From Flaccisagitta enflata (lineage: Eukaryota), in the NCBI GenBank assembly GCA_965153355.1, contig OZ231126.1:28272001-28336000 (forward strand): a stretch of 64,000 bases of DNA. Reading direction: 5' to 3'. Within the stretch, counting starts at the first letter, position 1. Each line of letters begins with the position of its first letter. A model generated the notes under the pieces. It saw nothing but the letters and a program-made list of their open reading frames with translations, searched no databases and had not been told where the DNA came from. Shown here piece after piece: positions 40,275 through 55,893 of the stretch. A program made the position numbers and the translations under genes.

Positions 40275-40791
40275 AAGACAGACAGACAAACAGATAAACA
40301 ATCAGACTTGTAAAAACTCACAAAGGCAAGTAAAAGAAGAAGTATAAGATACCATAAGTAATTTGTGGGATAAAAAATATCATTCAAAAAATAGTTGATT
40401 TTGATTTAAATTCTTTTCAATAAAAAGTTAACCTACTAATGATAATTTCATCTTTTTGTTCACAGTTTTTTTCATTCTTCATCAGTTATTTTGTTCACTT
40501 TTGTGTTTAAAGTCTTAGTTTGATATATAAAAATGATATAACAAAGCTTCAATGAAAATTTAAAACAAAAAAAATCACAAAAATTAAATGTCAATGTCAC
40601 TAAATCGGGGAAAAAAAATTCTAGGGACCTGACAATAGTGTCTTTAAATCAGGTTTGGCTGTTATATCAAGTGTTGTTAAATCAGGTAAAATTAGCATTA
40701 CAAAAGCCTGCAAAAATTTGGGACTAAAGAAACTTGGATGTTAAATCCGAAATGTCATTAAATCAGGTGACGAAAAGGCGGTAGTCCACTG
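40015..40791. mobile_element. pogo/Tigger-like MITE
   Basis: TA|cagtgg...ccactg|TA, with repeated ttaaatc(c/a)g subterminal motifs. Confidence 0.7.
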
Positions 40792-41629
40792 TAATTCTGC
40801 AATGGAAAAACATATTCTAAATCTGAAAAAAATGTTAGAAAGCCCTAAGAAAACGATTTTATCCTGTTTTGATAGATTCCATCCTTCTATCGGTTTTGGC
40901 TCTCCGTAAAATGTGTCTTAAAAACATTTGTTTTAAAAAAATGCATTTTATCAAATTTCTCTTATTTAAAGCAGCTGAACCTTACATCTTTAATTCAATA
41001 TCATTTCCAAACGAATTGAGCTAAATACATAAGATTGGGCTCAAATTAAAGACATTTATTTCCCATTTTGGCAATAATGGAAATCCGTTAATGATAGATG
41101 AAATTTGTTAGTCCCTTGACATCCGTTATTTTGGGGTGTAACTGTAAGCTAATCGAGGTAAAAATCGTTGTTGTCAGGAACTTAGGGATTAGGGGTGGGG
41201 TAGGTAGTTGGGGAGGAGATTTTTTGAATACGTTTGTTTGACAGAAAGACAGACTCTGACGGACCATCCAAGATTAGAAACACAGACAGACACGCAGAAA
41301 GTCTGAAAGCTGAAGGAGAACCAAACATGAAGTCAGACAGACAGAAAGTCTGAAATACAGATAATGCAACTGAGTTAGGCGGTTAGCAAAAAGAGTTAAA
41401 AGAGAGCGAGAGACAAAAAGGTTTCTGCAACTTGATTTAAAACAAGGCCGGATACACGGCCAATACCAGTCGCGGACGGGTGAGCAGGGGCGGAAATGCG
41501 TGTTTTCCCACTTTTCGACTCGATCACCACGGACCAACCGACGGACGGACGGACAAAGCCTCTTATAGAGTCGCTAGTCCGCGACTAAAAAGAGAAGTAG
41601 ATCGCATTTGATGACCACCATCAACCTGA

Positions 41630-43379
41630 CAGCCGGAGACCCTAGAAAAGCTGATTTTTCAGCTTTTTCTTTTTTTTCCGATTTTTCCTTAGTTTCTCAT
41701 GGGTAAATGCGCTCATCAAGTGGGCTAATTTTTTTTTCATGGTGGATCTATGGTCTGTAGCTACATTGTGTGAAAAAACTGTGGTTTAAAATTCGATTTT
41801 TATATTTTTTCTCAAAAAATGAAAAAAATCGCGTTCAAATGGCACCTTTTGAATCTTCTTATTTTTGGCTTACAGATAGATTTTGAGACGAGGAATTCAT
41901 CTAGAATGTCAAATCCCTTAGCACTCATCAATAAATAGGCCAAAACGAGCTTTTTAATATTTAAAAGCTCAGAAATCAGCTTTTTGAGCCCAAAGCTTAT
42001 CTTCGAGTTGTTTGAGCTCAAAAAGCTCAATTCTGAGCTTTTAAAAAGCTCAGAATTGAGCTTTTTGAGACTTCAGTCTTCCTTATCTCCTATGGTTAAA
42101 TAATTTACTTGGGGAGCTCAAACTAGCGCGTCCATGATCGTTTATGACGATTTTTAGTCGCGTGCTACGCTACTCTACACCCCGCTTTGTCGGCCCGTCC
42201 ATCCGTCAGACATGCAACTCTATAAGAGGCTTTGTCTGTTGGTCCATCCATCCATTGTACTATTGTAGTCGAAAAGTGAAAAGTATTTTTGGCGCATGTT
42301 TGTGTACATGTGTGGCGTTGGGGTGTAGTTTTTGTACTGGTAGCAACCATTACTGTGATTTATTCCCCATGATACTCGGTTGCTGAGGAAACACATTTTC
42401 ATGTATTCTTGCTGAAATATCAATATTTTGAGAGATTTTTTTAGGAAACATTGCTTAAAATCAAATTTGCTTCAACTTTCCCACAGTATGTTCGGTAAGA
42501 ATGTCGCTCGTTTAGCGGTTGCTATGGGTTGTCACACATGGATACGCTCCCTAGCAACAGCCAAACAGGCAATATTCTTACAGAACATATTGTGGGAAGT
42601 TATGTAGCAATTTAACAAAGTTCCTAAAATCTCTCAAATATTGATACTTTAGCGGGAATACATGAAAATGTGTTACCATGGCAACCGAGTATCATGGGGA
42701 ATAAATCATTCTTTTATCAGTCTATATTCCAAATATCAACCCTCTACCTTCATTTGTTCTCCCATAATGCTTGCCCCCGTTATCTCAAGTCTAGACGAGA
42801 TCTACTGTAGCTAATTTCAGTATACCTACCTAAGATGGGACAGTTGAAGGTTTAAATCAGAGTATTTTAGGGCTTATATTTCATTTGGGAGGTTTTTCTC
42901 TCCAGTTTTTCATTCGGGGGAGATAAGGAAGACTCGAGTCTCAAAAAGCTCAATTCTGAGCTTTTTAAAAGCTCAGAATTGAGCTTTTTGAGCTCTAGCA
43001 ACTTGGAGATAAGCTTTGGGCTCAAAAAGCTGATTTCTGAGCTTTAAAATATTAAAAAGCTCGTTTTGGCCTATTTATTGATGAGTGCTAAGGGATTTGA
43101 CAATTCTCGATGAATTCCTCGTCTCAAAATCTATCTGTAAGCCAAAAATGAGAAAATTTAAAAGGTGCCATTTGATCACGATTTTTTTCATTTTTTGAGA
43201 AAAAATATAAAAATCGAATTTTAAACAGCAATTTTTTCACACAATGTAGTTACAGACCATAGATTCACCATGAAAAAAAAATTAGCCCACTCGATGAGCG
43301 CATTTACCCATGAGAAATTAAGGAAAAATCGAAAAATAAGAAAAAGCTGAAAAATCAGCTTTTCTAGGGTCTCCGGCTG
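41630..43379. mobile_element. Long-TIR (~460 bp) foldback DNA element, 5-bp TSD
   Basis: cctga|cagccggagaccctagaaaagctg...cagcttttctagggtctccggctg|cctga. Arms are ~41630-42090 and ~42918-43379. It contains a HINE and a palindromic insert (~42356-42708). Confidence 0.85.
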
Positions 43380-43399
43380 CCTGAGATGAAATGATTTGT

Positions 43400-43498
<99 letters not shown>

Positions 43499-44816
43499 TG
43501 TGTGTGAATGTGTGTTTCTGTGTGTGAGTGAACATTTAGTCGTCACGATCGAGACTCGAGAGTGCAGTGAGAAGTCGTATGACAATTCGTATCAAGCCAA
43601 TCCTGAACAAGTACCCCGGGGGTACAACGATGCGTCCACATGCTGCTTAGCTTGTTAAGAATGATGCAATATTGCATCAATCATGTGATTCCCTTGAGTT
43701 TTCACCATGTATGACTCGTGTCCACGGACCCACCAACCAACCAACCGACCAACCAACGGATGGACAAAGCCTCTTATAGAGATGCGTGGACGCATCTAAA
43801 AAACGGGAATCACACGAAAGAAGAATGAACCGGCAAAACTGAAGGAAAACATTTTTTTGGTTTTGCACTCTCAATCTAAGTCCAGCGATGTGGAGGCGGT
43901 TCAAGTTCACTGGTCTAACGCTTCCAAGTCCAGCGATGTGGAAGCGGTTTACCGGTTTAACGCTTCCAATTTGGAGACCAGTATGAGACCAGTCTGGCAT
44001 CAGGGGTTGATGCCATTCAGGAATGAGAGTCTTTTAGAAAACAAGTTGCGTGCGGGTAGGCATGGGCAGTTATAAATAGTCGCAAAAGCGTTAGATGGTC
44101 AGCGGTACCCGTGCCCTGCCTTAGTGGGTCCATCCATCTGTTCCCCCCCTAGTCTCGAGGCCCAAATCCCAGTCCCAAGACCCAAATCCCTGTCTCATAG
44201 CCCAGATCCTGGCCTCAAGGCCCAAATTCTAACCTCAAGGCCCAAAACCTAGCCTGGAGGCCCAAATCTCATTCTTGAGGCTGGGATCTTGGCCTCTTGG
44301 CTGGGATTTGGACCTTCAGGCTGAGATTTGAGCCTCAAGGCTGGGATTTGGGCCTTGAGGCTAGGATTTGGGCCACGAGACTGGGATTTGGGTCTCGGGA
44401 CTGGGATTTGCGCCTTGAGACTGGGGGAGGGGTGGATGGACGGACGGAGGAGGAGATTCCCCATATGTGTGAAAGCATAGGACATCGACCCCTTCTGAGC
44501 CGCTGCCCAAAAAAGGGCTAACCATGCATTCCGGCAAGAGCAGTGATGCCATAACCGCCTGCAAACACCAAAAAAATAGAATAAGAAAAGATTGAAGGAT
44601 CAATGGACGTACCGACAGATGGACTGATGGACGGAAAGACAGACAAAGCAAGTTGTAGTCGCGTGCACGCGTGCACGCGACTTGAAATCTGCTGATGAAA
44701 ATACATGTTCTACTTGATGAAGAAGAACATTGCATTTGGGATACACATATGTTGTTTTTTTATTACAAAAAACAGGAATTTTCATCCTATATGGCTAGGA
44801 CATCATCAGCTGTTCA

Positions 44817-45337
44817 CAGTCAGCGGACAAAACACAATAGGTATATATAGCACTCCGTTGGTTTTGATCCAACCCACTGATGCTGTACAGAATGCTGTAA
44901 ACAACAACTGGTTGTTGAAATTACAGCCGGCTGTTAAATTACAAAGTTGGCAAAAATCCAACTTTCACCAAATAGAATGAGACCTGCAGATTCATAATCC
45001 TGATGAGGTTCTGAGAAGTTTGATATGTCACATTGTATATCTTTATATGAAAATTTTTTTTTGTAAATATTTCATTTTATTATAATGTTAAAAAGAAACA
45101 TTTCTTACAAAAAATGCTAAGTGTGACATGTCAATTTTCTCAGAATTTCATCAGGATTATGAATCTGCAGGTCTCATTCTTTTTGGTGAAAGTTGTATTT
45201 TTGCCAATTTTGTAACTGAACAGCCGGTTGTAATTTCAACAACTAGTTATTATTTACAGCATTCTGTTCAATATCAGTGGGTTGGATTAAAACCAACAGA
45301 GTGATATGTATACCTATTGTGTTTTGTCCGCTGACTG
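44817..45337. mobile_element. Palindromic MITE (family copy 2; degenerate split copy at ~50488-50550 and ~51340-51540)
   Basis: Same termini and internal sequence as 4729-5255. Confidence 0.85.
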
Positions 45338-45752
45338 TTCAAGAGAGACAAGAAAGAGAGAGACAGAATTTATAAGGAAATGGAAAAGAGAGAGACAATC
45401 AAGGATTAGTCAGACAGAGGTCAATCAAGAACCACTGAGAGGGGAATAACCCCTGGCCCCCGCCCCTCCACCAAAAGTCGAGACACTAGTCATTCCAGAT
45501 TCTTCTTTTTCCGTAGTTCGGCGAGGACAGGGTCCCATTGTCTAAACAAAGTGCATAAGGAGAAAAATGATACCGGATCAATGTGATAATGCATCTACGA
45601 GTAAAAGCTTAGTACTTTTTTATCAGTTCAGATCGATCAAGAATTTAAACCGCAAGTTGGAGCGGAAGCAGAGGCGGTAGCGATGGAAGTGGCATGAAAA
45701 TTGACCGCTTCCGCATCTCCGAACGTTGTCCTCGGCAATCAGCATCAGGCTT

Positions 45753-46128
45753 TCATCATCGTCATCATCATCGTCGTCATCATTGTCGTCATCATCATCG
45801 TCATCATCATCGTCGTCATCATCGTCGTCATCATCGTCATCATCATTGTCGTCATCATTGTCGTCATTATCGTCCTCATTATCATCGTCATTATCATCGT
45901 CATCATCATTGTCATCATCATCGTCGTCATCATTGTCGTCATTATCGTCCTCAATATCATCGTCATTATCATCGTCATCATCATTGTCGTCATCATTGTC
46001 GTCATCATCATCATCGTCGTCATCATCATCATCGTCGTCATTTTCATCATCGTCGTCCTTATCGTCATCATCATCATCGTCATCATCATCATCATCGTCA
46101 TCATCATCGTCATCATCATCATCGTCAT
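45753..46128. repeat. (CAT/CGT)n mixed trinucleotide repeat
   Basis: Direct reading. Confidence 0.92.
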
Positions 46129-46918
46129 CCCCGACGTCAAAGAGAATCCGTCATAATGGAATCCCCTTTACTTCTATAAAGGCACCGAACGAGAAGGAAG
46201 CACCAGAAAAACATATTCCTCACAACTGGAACAAGTGACGCGGGGTCACAATATCGTTGCAGACGGGTGGGCAGGGGCATCCAACCCCCATGCCCCTACA
46301 CATACACAAAAACCATCTAAGACACTCATTTTCGCACTTTTTTACTCATGTCCATGGACCGACGGACCAACAGACTGACAGACCAACGGACCAACGGACG
46401 GACAAAGCCTCTTACAGAGCTGCGTCTCCGCAACTAAAAATGTCTCCAATTTCCAGTTGCTGAAAGTCTGAAAGAAATAGACACTGGCTGGGAAAATGAC
46501 TGCCTTGGAAAATGGAAAATAGCATAGAAAATGGCATGGCTGGCTAGGAAAATGACTGCCTTAGAAAATGTTGCCCTCTATTAACAATTCATTTAAATGG
46601 AAGACAAAAGATAGTACCAAACCAACAAGGCCGGATACACGGCAATCCAGTCGCGGACGGTTGGGCGGGAGCAGTAATGCGAAAACCGCTCGGAATTCAA
46701 AAATGTTACGGACGGACCGACCGACCTACCGACCGACACGGCAAGGTGTAGAGTCGCGTGTCCGCGACTAAAAAGAAAGCAAAAGCTTCGGATAACTGTT
46801 TAAAGTTTGCATTTCCACAAGCTTTGGTTGGACCATCGACCGAAAATCAATTCTAGCCATTTTCCATCTTAAGCTGCCCTTAACCCAAGTCTGCTGTGAC
46901 CTAGCAGTGCACTCTGGC

Positions 46919-46991
<73 letters not shown>

Positions 46992-47006
46992 GCAATAATC
47001 AAACGA

Positions 47007-47173
<167 letters not shown>

Positions 47174-48566
47174 CAATAAATCATCGGTAACGCGCACGCG
47201 ACTCTTGGGAAAGAGGGTTGGTTGGTCGGTCGGAACGTCAATTGGATTTATTTCCATTGCGAGCGGTTGATGCACTACTGCCCAGCCGCACGCGCGGGTG
47301 GTCCCTGTTTCTAGTTATATTTCAGTTAAGTTCAGGATGCAGCTGTCTTTTTCTTAAATTCCACGTTATTCATCAAACGTCTGTCAAAAGTCTGTCTAAC
47401 GTAAATCCTTGGAGATCTTTTCCCTTCCATTCCTTATCTCTGTTACGTCTTTTATCTTTTTAGATGCGTCCTCGCATCTTTATAAGAGGGTCTATCCGTC
47501 CGTCCGTCCGCCCGTCTGTCCGTCCGTCGGTCAGTCCGTCAGTCCGTCAGTCCGTCCGTCCGTCCGTTACGCCTCTTTAAAAATCGCGTTTCTCAGCTGT
47601 TTTGGCCACGGCGAGATCGTATACTGTATTAAACGATCGAAACACGTGTTTTGAGAGACTCCTTTGACTCTTATGTCAGATATTCCAGCAGTTTGTCTAT
47701 CTGCAATCTGTTCATCCTTCTGTCTAACACAATCAGCGTGAATTTCGCTCCATGTAAGGACACAGTCAGGACGCATCGTTGCCCGGTCGGGCTTGTTATA
47801 TGAAATACGATGCTGACATAAGATGAGTATTTACTTCGATGGAGATATACGAGATGACAGAATTATACGTCACGTCCGTGCCTCTGTACTGAGCAGGAGA
47901 AGGAGAAGGGAAGAGCAGGGGGAGAGGAGGGAAAATACAGAAGGAGAAGAAGAAGAAGAAATAGTCGCAAAAGCGTTAGGTGGTCAGCGGTACCCGTTGC
48001 CCCTATTTGAGTGTATGTGGGTGTGAGTTGGTTGGTGGGGCAGCGGCCCCGAAGGGGCTGATGACCTATGCTGATTTTATTTGAGCCTCAAGGCCTGGAG
48101 GCTGGGATTTGAGCCTGGAGGCTGGGATTCGAGCCTCAAGGCTGGGATTTGAATTTTGAGGCTAGAATTTGAGCTTCATGGCTGGGATTTGAACCTCAAT
48201 GCTGGGATTTGAGCTTCGAGACTGGGATTTGAGCTTGGAGGCTGGGATTTTGGCCTCAAGGTTGGGATTTGAGCGTCGAGGCTGGGATTTGAGCCTCGAG
48301 ACTGGGATTTGAGCTTGGAGGCTGGGATTTGAACTTGGAGGCTGGAATTTGAGCTTGGGGGCTGGGAGTTGAGCGTTGAGGCTTGGATTTGAGCCTCGAG
48401 GCTGGGACTTGAGCCTTGAGTCTAGGATTTGGGCCTCAATGGGGGGGGGGGGTACGCTGGAGGAGGAGGAGGAGGAGAAATTTCCCCATGTGTGAAAGCA
48501 TAGGTCATCGGCCCCTTCGGGGCCGCTGCCCAAAAGGAAGAGAAGGAGAGAGGGAAGAAGAAGAAG

Positions 48567-48598
<32 letters not shown>

Positions 48599-49161
48599 GA
48601 AGAAGAAGAAGAAGAAGAAGAAGAAAAAGAAGAAGATCAAGAACAAGAAAAATGACAAGAAAGAGAAGAAGAAAAAGAAAACAAGAAAGACGGAGGAGAT
48701 GAGGAGGGACACGTAGAAGCAAGTGAAGTAAGAAAAAAACATTAAGAGGAAAAAGACATAGCAGTAAAGGAGATCCCGGAGAAGGAATAATGTTTGGAAG
48801 CAAGGAGGAAGTGTAACAGAGAGAGAGAGATCGGTCATCAGAGAGGCAGGTAGACGGAACGACGTGCAGACAAATAGACAGTTGACTGATTGATCGACAG
48901 AGAGATTGACACACACACAGACAGACAAAGAGAGAGAGAGTGACAGAGATTCAGACTAAGACTGACAGACAGCGAATGGAAAAAAGAGTAATCCCATAAG
49001 TCATGAATCGTATCTTGTCATTTTCCATCAAGAACCTTTAGCCCTCAATTTCCCCTTTCCACTCTTGCATCTTTTTCTTTGATTGTAAGACAAACCAAAC
49101 GATACCAGAAACTCGGCATCAGTTTCTCTGCTTGTCCGTCTCTCCTTATTGACATTAAGTG

Positions 49162-49347
<186 letters not shown>

Positions 49348-49928
49348 TGTGATTGCCATTCAACGTTTCCCTATTTATTTGTTTTCGCTGATTAAAACGG
49401 AATCTTTACCGGTTGTCAACAACACCTGCTCTTCATCTCCCTTCCCCTTACTTCTACCAAACAATCTCACGTACATCTTCATTCCTGTTAATTCTTGTTG
49501 ATTCTTTCGATTCTAATTATTTCCTCTTTTGTGTGGGAACGCGGAATTTTTTTCTCCAACATTGTCAATTTGGAGGAAGAGGGTTAAAAACAAAAAGTAT
49601 CTCCATTCTCATTCCGTGAGCACAAGATTGCACTTCATTTTAGAACTCTATTCAACTGTTTATTTCCTGATGTAACTATTTCCGAAGTTAGCAAACGTTT
49701 GCAAATGACCTTGTCACCGGTAAAGGACAATTCACTGTTGGAGGGTGCCTCTTCCAATCAACAGCACAGTCTGTACTTGCCATCACATTATCCTTTCACT
49801 TATCGAATTATCATATCATATAAACATTCCCACACACACTGCCACCCATTCCCCCAACGCCAGCCCCCCACACCTCACCCCCCTCACCCTCCATCCCCGA
49901 ACACCTTGCCACTGTCCATAGGACACAC

Positions 49929-50061
49929 CTGAGGGATTCCTCCTTGAAGGAGGGCAGCTTTGAGTTTTTCATTTTCTTCTCTCAATTCACGGATGAGTTT
50001 TTCTGTGGGACTTTCGTTGATGACAGCAGACGTCTTCACACTTTTGGCTCGATCAGCGAAC
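49929..50061 (-). CDS. KIF28: Kinesin-3 exon: end of motor domain, neck linker and neck coil
   Basis: catccaccag|GTTCGCTGAT...ATCCCTCAG|gtgtgt, 133 nt. (R)FADRAKSVKTSAVINESPTEKLIRELREENEKLKAALLQGGIPQ is the canonical kinesin-3 RYADRAK...AVVNE.P..KLIRELREE signature. Confidence 0.92.
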
Positions 50062-50648
50062 CTGGTGGATGAAGAAAGAAAGAAAATAAAGAAACAAAAG
50101 ATTATCTATGGCAGAACATGAATCTGTTTTTACACTTTTTGCTTGATCAGCGAACCTGGTGGAAGAAAATCGAAAACAATGGAGCAAAAGAAGATGATAA
50201 GAAAATGTTTTCTTTAGCATTAATTAACAAGACATATCTTCATATTGTTTCGCGAGATCACCGAGGTGTGTATTTCCTCACCCCTCTTCCCCCCCCCCCT
50301 CCGTCCTTTGGTTTCCTTCGCTGCGCAGTCAAAAAATCTTCGTTTTTATCCCCCATACATCATTGATATCATGATATGGAATGTATCAGTATGAATTGGT
50401 GTTATAGTAATGAAGTATCACTCTCAGTACAGAGTAAAAAGAAGTATAAAATCTACTCAGATTTTATCACTTCTCTCCTCCCCTATTCAGTCAATGGACA
50501 AAACATAGTAGGTATATATACCATACCGTTTACTTTGATCCAATTTACTGTTTACCAATAAGGGCGGCTAATCGCCGTAGGAAAAAAGTCGTAAATGCTG
50601 CTTGAGAAAATGAGAGAGGGAAACAGTGTGAGTGAGAAAAAAAGAGAA

Positions 50649-50745
<97 letters not shown>

Positions 50746-51868
50746 TAGATAGATAGATAGACAGACAGAAAGAGAGGGAGAAAGAGACAGAGGGGGAGGG
50801 GGAGAGAGAGACAGAGAGAGAAACAGAGAAAAACAGGTAACGCGGGGTTACAATATTGTTGCGGACAGGTGGACAGAGGCATCCAACCCCCATCCACACC
50901 CCAACCCTACACACTCAGACAGACAGACGGACCAACAGAACGATGGATGAACTGATGGAAATGCCTCTCATAGAGTTCGGAGTTGAAATGAGAGAGAGAC
51001 TGTGCTGCCAGGATGCACAATCCTCACCTGGGAGATCTCAAAATTCAAATAGACTTCAACTAATTCGATTCCTCGTTTTTGGGAAAAATGCAAAAAATTT
51101 GTAGAAATAAATAAAGATTCAAAAAATCATAGCTCCAAAATTATCGCTCGCACAGAATTTAGTTCTTTCTTAGCTATGAATTTCATGCGTAGTCCCATTT
51201 GGCCCCAAAAGCTTATCAACTTTCTCAAACGCTTCATGAGAAAAAGGGAAATCCAAAAAACTCTGTAGGACTCAAAAAGACCGAAGGGACTTCGTCTCTT
51301 CGACTTTTTTCCAAATCAACAAAATATTGTTTATAACAATCAAATGGTGAAATAACAGCCGGCTGTAATGAACAAAATCTTGTTTGCAATAGTTGGTTGT
51401 TTGAATTACATCCGGCTGTAATGTACCAATTTTGTAAGATTACAGCCAGCTGTAATTGCCATTACCATTTGGTGCATACAAGATTTTGTTTATTTTCAGT
51501 AAGTTGGATCGAAGTTAATGATATGTTTTATCCACTGACTCTTTTCTCCCTTTTTAAATGGGAGAAGAAAGAAAACAATGAAGCGGAAAAAGATAAAGAA
51601 ATGAAAGATTATCTACAGCAGAAATGAATTTGACGGAATTTGAATAAAAAAAAAAAAAAAAAAAGAAAACGGAGGGAAAAAAAAGATGGAAAAACGAAAG
51701 ATCATCTTCATGGAAGAAATGAATATGACATCTTTGCACATTTCGCAGGTTGTGTGAGAATCCTGGTGGAAGGAAAAAAGAAAACAATTGGTAGGAGAAT
51801 CAGGTAACGCGGGGTGTCAATATCGTCGCGGACGGACAACCACCCTGAAACACACTCAAACACACTCA

Positions 51869-52065
<197 letters not shown>

Positions 52066-52384
52066 TTCTGATAGAGTCGCGAGTCCGTGACTATAACAAA
52101 TGCCTAATTTCTTGCGTGAACGAAGACGACGCGTCTTGGGCTTTTCGCTCGGTCAGCGAACCCAACAGAAGAAAAGAGAAGACAACGAAGGAAAAGCGTA
52201 GCATGGGGTTTCAATTTAGTTGTGGAAGGGGGTGTGACGGGTGAAAATGCTCGCTTTTTTACGATGGGGTATGGTATCCCCCTACGGCTTTCCTTGGGGA
52301 AAAATACTTTCAGTATAAAACTATAAGATCCATCGCTCTTTTTGCAGAATTTCAACTTCATGTATTAGCTTGTTTTTCAAAACC

Positions 52385-52465
52385 AGCTTGGGATTGGAAC
52401 CGGGTACCTTTAAATAACCTGATGACAATAAATCTGAAGTCAAGTGAGCAGACCACTAGACCTAA
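52385..52465 (-). pseudogene. Possible degenerate tRNA/SINE-head remnant
   Basis: A-box-like aggtctagtgg and B-box-like ggttccaatcc at plausible spacing, but the stems pair poorly. Confidence 0.25.
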
Positions 52466-53928
52466 AATCAAGTATCAACTTTGGAGTAGTCCTGCTTGTA
52501 AACGAATTAAGCTACCACAACCAGATTGGTCTCATATTGAAGAGTTGCTTTAACTGTTTAAAATGAGACCAATCTGGGGTCTGTAGCTCGATTCGTTTAG
52601 GAGCAGCACTCCTTCAAAGTTGATGCTCATTTTAAGGTTGGAACCTTTTTTTGGATGATAGCATTAAGGAGAATTTTCTGTCTACAGAGCAGCCATACCC
52701 CATCGTCAACTCTATAGGACATGAGCATTATACACACACAGTTTCATTTCAATTGGATAAATGATATTTAGGATGGGAGGGCCCCCATATTTCCAAGTAC
52801 CATCTTGCTCAAAAATATCGTCTCACCTTTATGGCTAATTTGTAACCAAACAACTGGCAAAACCACATTGAAATCAGTGACCATTAAAAAGAGCAAAAAA
52901 AAATCTTTAAAATGCCACCAAGCAGAGCTCAGTAGCTCGATTCGTTTAATTTTAGAGCTTAAAGAGTAAAAATGTTCACATCCATAAAGCGCAAGAAATA
53001 TGCAAAAGATAAGGAGAAGAATATTGGCCAATTTGATTTGACTTTTTCTTGGCTTATCATCATAAAATCATGTACAAATTGGTGGCCATTAGAAAGAGTT
53101 TCAAAAGATCTGTCAAATACCACCAAGCAGATTTATTGAGTTCAAACTGTTTAAATCCTATATCAAAATGAATTTCATAGGTGTAAAAGTGCCGAAAGAA
53201 AAAATTGCTGGAATGTTTGAAGAACTCATTTAACAAAATTATATATAAATCCTTCATCTATGCCATCCCAATTGAATACAAATAATATATGGTACCATAA
53301 AAGCCTACACTAAATATTTGTGCAAAGATATATGATTTTTTTACGATTTTCTATAGGAAATAACAATAATAAATAACAATTTTGTTTTACTGAAACAATA
53401 TTTTTGAGCAAGATGGTATAGACGATATCTACCGTAGCGACTAGGTATGTGTTTAAAGATAAGTGTGCAATTTTTTTTTTCGTCACGGTTAAGCAGGGAG
53501 ATTGGGTGCAATAAAAATCGCGAGTGCAGTGCCTGACCAAATCTCAAGACTTACAAAGGCCTTAGCAAAGCTAGAGCAATGAATGAAAGGCTAGACGAAA
53601 GGGAGCAAGGAAAAGGAAAAAGAAGGAAGCGGAAATTGAGGAGGAAAGTGAAACGGTCATTGGTTTCTAGTATCAACTGAAAAGTGACAACCAACTGGCG
53701 AAGGAAATTCGATTCGGGCAGCGCAGAGTAAAGATAAAAGAAGTCCAACGCACAGGAAATGTCCCAGCAAATCAGGGCGGAAGTAAATGGGAGTAACAGA
53801 GATTCAGAAAACATGGGGAGGAAATGTTCCTGTAGATCATGGCGGAAGTAACTTGGGATTAGGAGAGATTTGGAAAACCAATGAAGGACGAAATCAGGGT
53901 GGAAGTAACATGTTGTTGTTGTTGTTCC

Positions 53929-53967
<39 letters not shown>

Positions 53968-53993
53968 GGTTGTGGTTGTGGTTGTGGTTGTGG

Positions 53994-54060
<67 letters not shown>

Positions 54061-55753
54061 AGTAGTTAGAAATTAGGGTGGACGTAACATGTGAGTTGGA
54101 CAGATTCAGAAGACCAGTGAAGGAGTAAATCGAGGTGGAAGTCACATCGGGAAACGTTGAGGAAAAGCTGGAATGAAGGGAGGAATAACTGAGGGAACAA
54201 GAAAATGGTAGAAGAAACATGAGGTGATACGTCTCATGAGCAAATCTCCCTGATGGTCATAGATGCGTAGTTATGTGGGTGCATGAAGGGAAGAATAAAG
54301 GGATGAGATGGGAGATGTTGCATTTATGATTATGAAGCGTCGCTCGGAGAAACGAGATATAAGAAGATCAAGTTAGTAACTCAAAAGTTAGACTGCTGTT
54401 AGTAATATAAAACGAGATAGAATCAAAATAACAACATCTCACTCGAAGTAAAAGGTTATCGACATGAATAAGAAATGGAGACCTGGACAGTGGGTACCAT
54501 GAGGATACAATGTTGGAAAAAAGTTTGAGGACTTTAACAGACCGTCCTCCGGCACATTATCACAACAATGCTTACAATGGAATGAGGCTATTGATAATAA
54601 CTCCATTCATACTGTCTATGCTATGCAAATGGACGTTGGAGATAGGCTAAGATGCAAAAATTGCACTTCTGCAGTTTCTAATACAGTTGTACAGATGGGC
54701 GGTATAAAACATTTTTAATGGCGGTTATGCTGTGTCGGTCAGTCGGTCTTTTGTTCGGTCGGTCGGTTTATCGGTATGTATGCGCCTCGTTTATTTTTTG
54801 TAGTGCAGCTTCTGCCCGACCGACCGCGACTTTTGAGTGTTGCCCTCTGTTGGGCTTGTTTCAGATCCATCCATGCAGATTGTTCATTTTCAATTATCAA
54901 TAAAAGAAAAAGAAAAAAAGATGGAGACATTCCTTCATATTTATCCTGTCGATGAAAAGGTTGAAAGGCTCCCAAAATCTAAATACTGAACATAGAAATA
55001 AAAAAGGCCTAGTGCCCTTATGCCCTAGATGCATTGGTCACAAACATTTTTATTCTCAAGATCATAGCATCAGAGAAAAAAAATGTATATGCTTCCGATA
55101 TAGAAAAAACAAGGCCAACACTTTGCAGTCGCGTGCGGTTGTTAAGATCATAAGACCAAAAGATTAAAATATCAAATGTAAATAGTCTTGAAATAACTTA
55201 AAATGATTTAAATAATGTAAAATGACAAAAGAAAAAAAGACAGCTAAGCGTGATGGACGGACGGACCGACTGATGGACCGACCGATAGACCAACGGATAG
55301 AGCGGGTCATAGAGTCGCGTGCACGCGACTAAAAATAGAACTTGGCCAACTAAAAGATAAAAGAGATGAAAAACAGATATCAAATGCGCTTAAAAATAGC
55401 TGCCAGAAACGAAAAGGTGAAGACGGCTTGAGTAACTTGAGCACATTACAAAAAACAGATCATCCGACGTTTTGGATATGAGTTATTGGATAAATAGATG
55501 ATAAATCTTAGTGACAATGATAAGCTCTATAATCTCTGATTGGCTTGATCTACCACTTCAATCTACATCATCCAACCTGTGCGCTGCCCTCCCAACCTCT
55601 CCCTCTGTCAATATCTGTTTCTATTCATCTGTCCGTCTGAATATGTCTTTTCATTTGCCTCTATCTCTGTCTTTGTTTTGCTATTGGTCCTGGCCTTAAT
55701 CTAGGTTTTGGAATGACTTGGTCCCTCATCCCGTCATCACCTCTCTCTATATC

Positions 55754-55893
<140 letters not shown>

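Noticed and set aside
52104-52361. ORF containing FADRAKS as a real kinesin exon
   Set aside because: The AG acceptor is lost and the sequence diverges and frameshifts after seven codons. Treated as a decayed duplicate.
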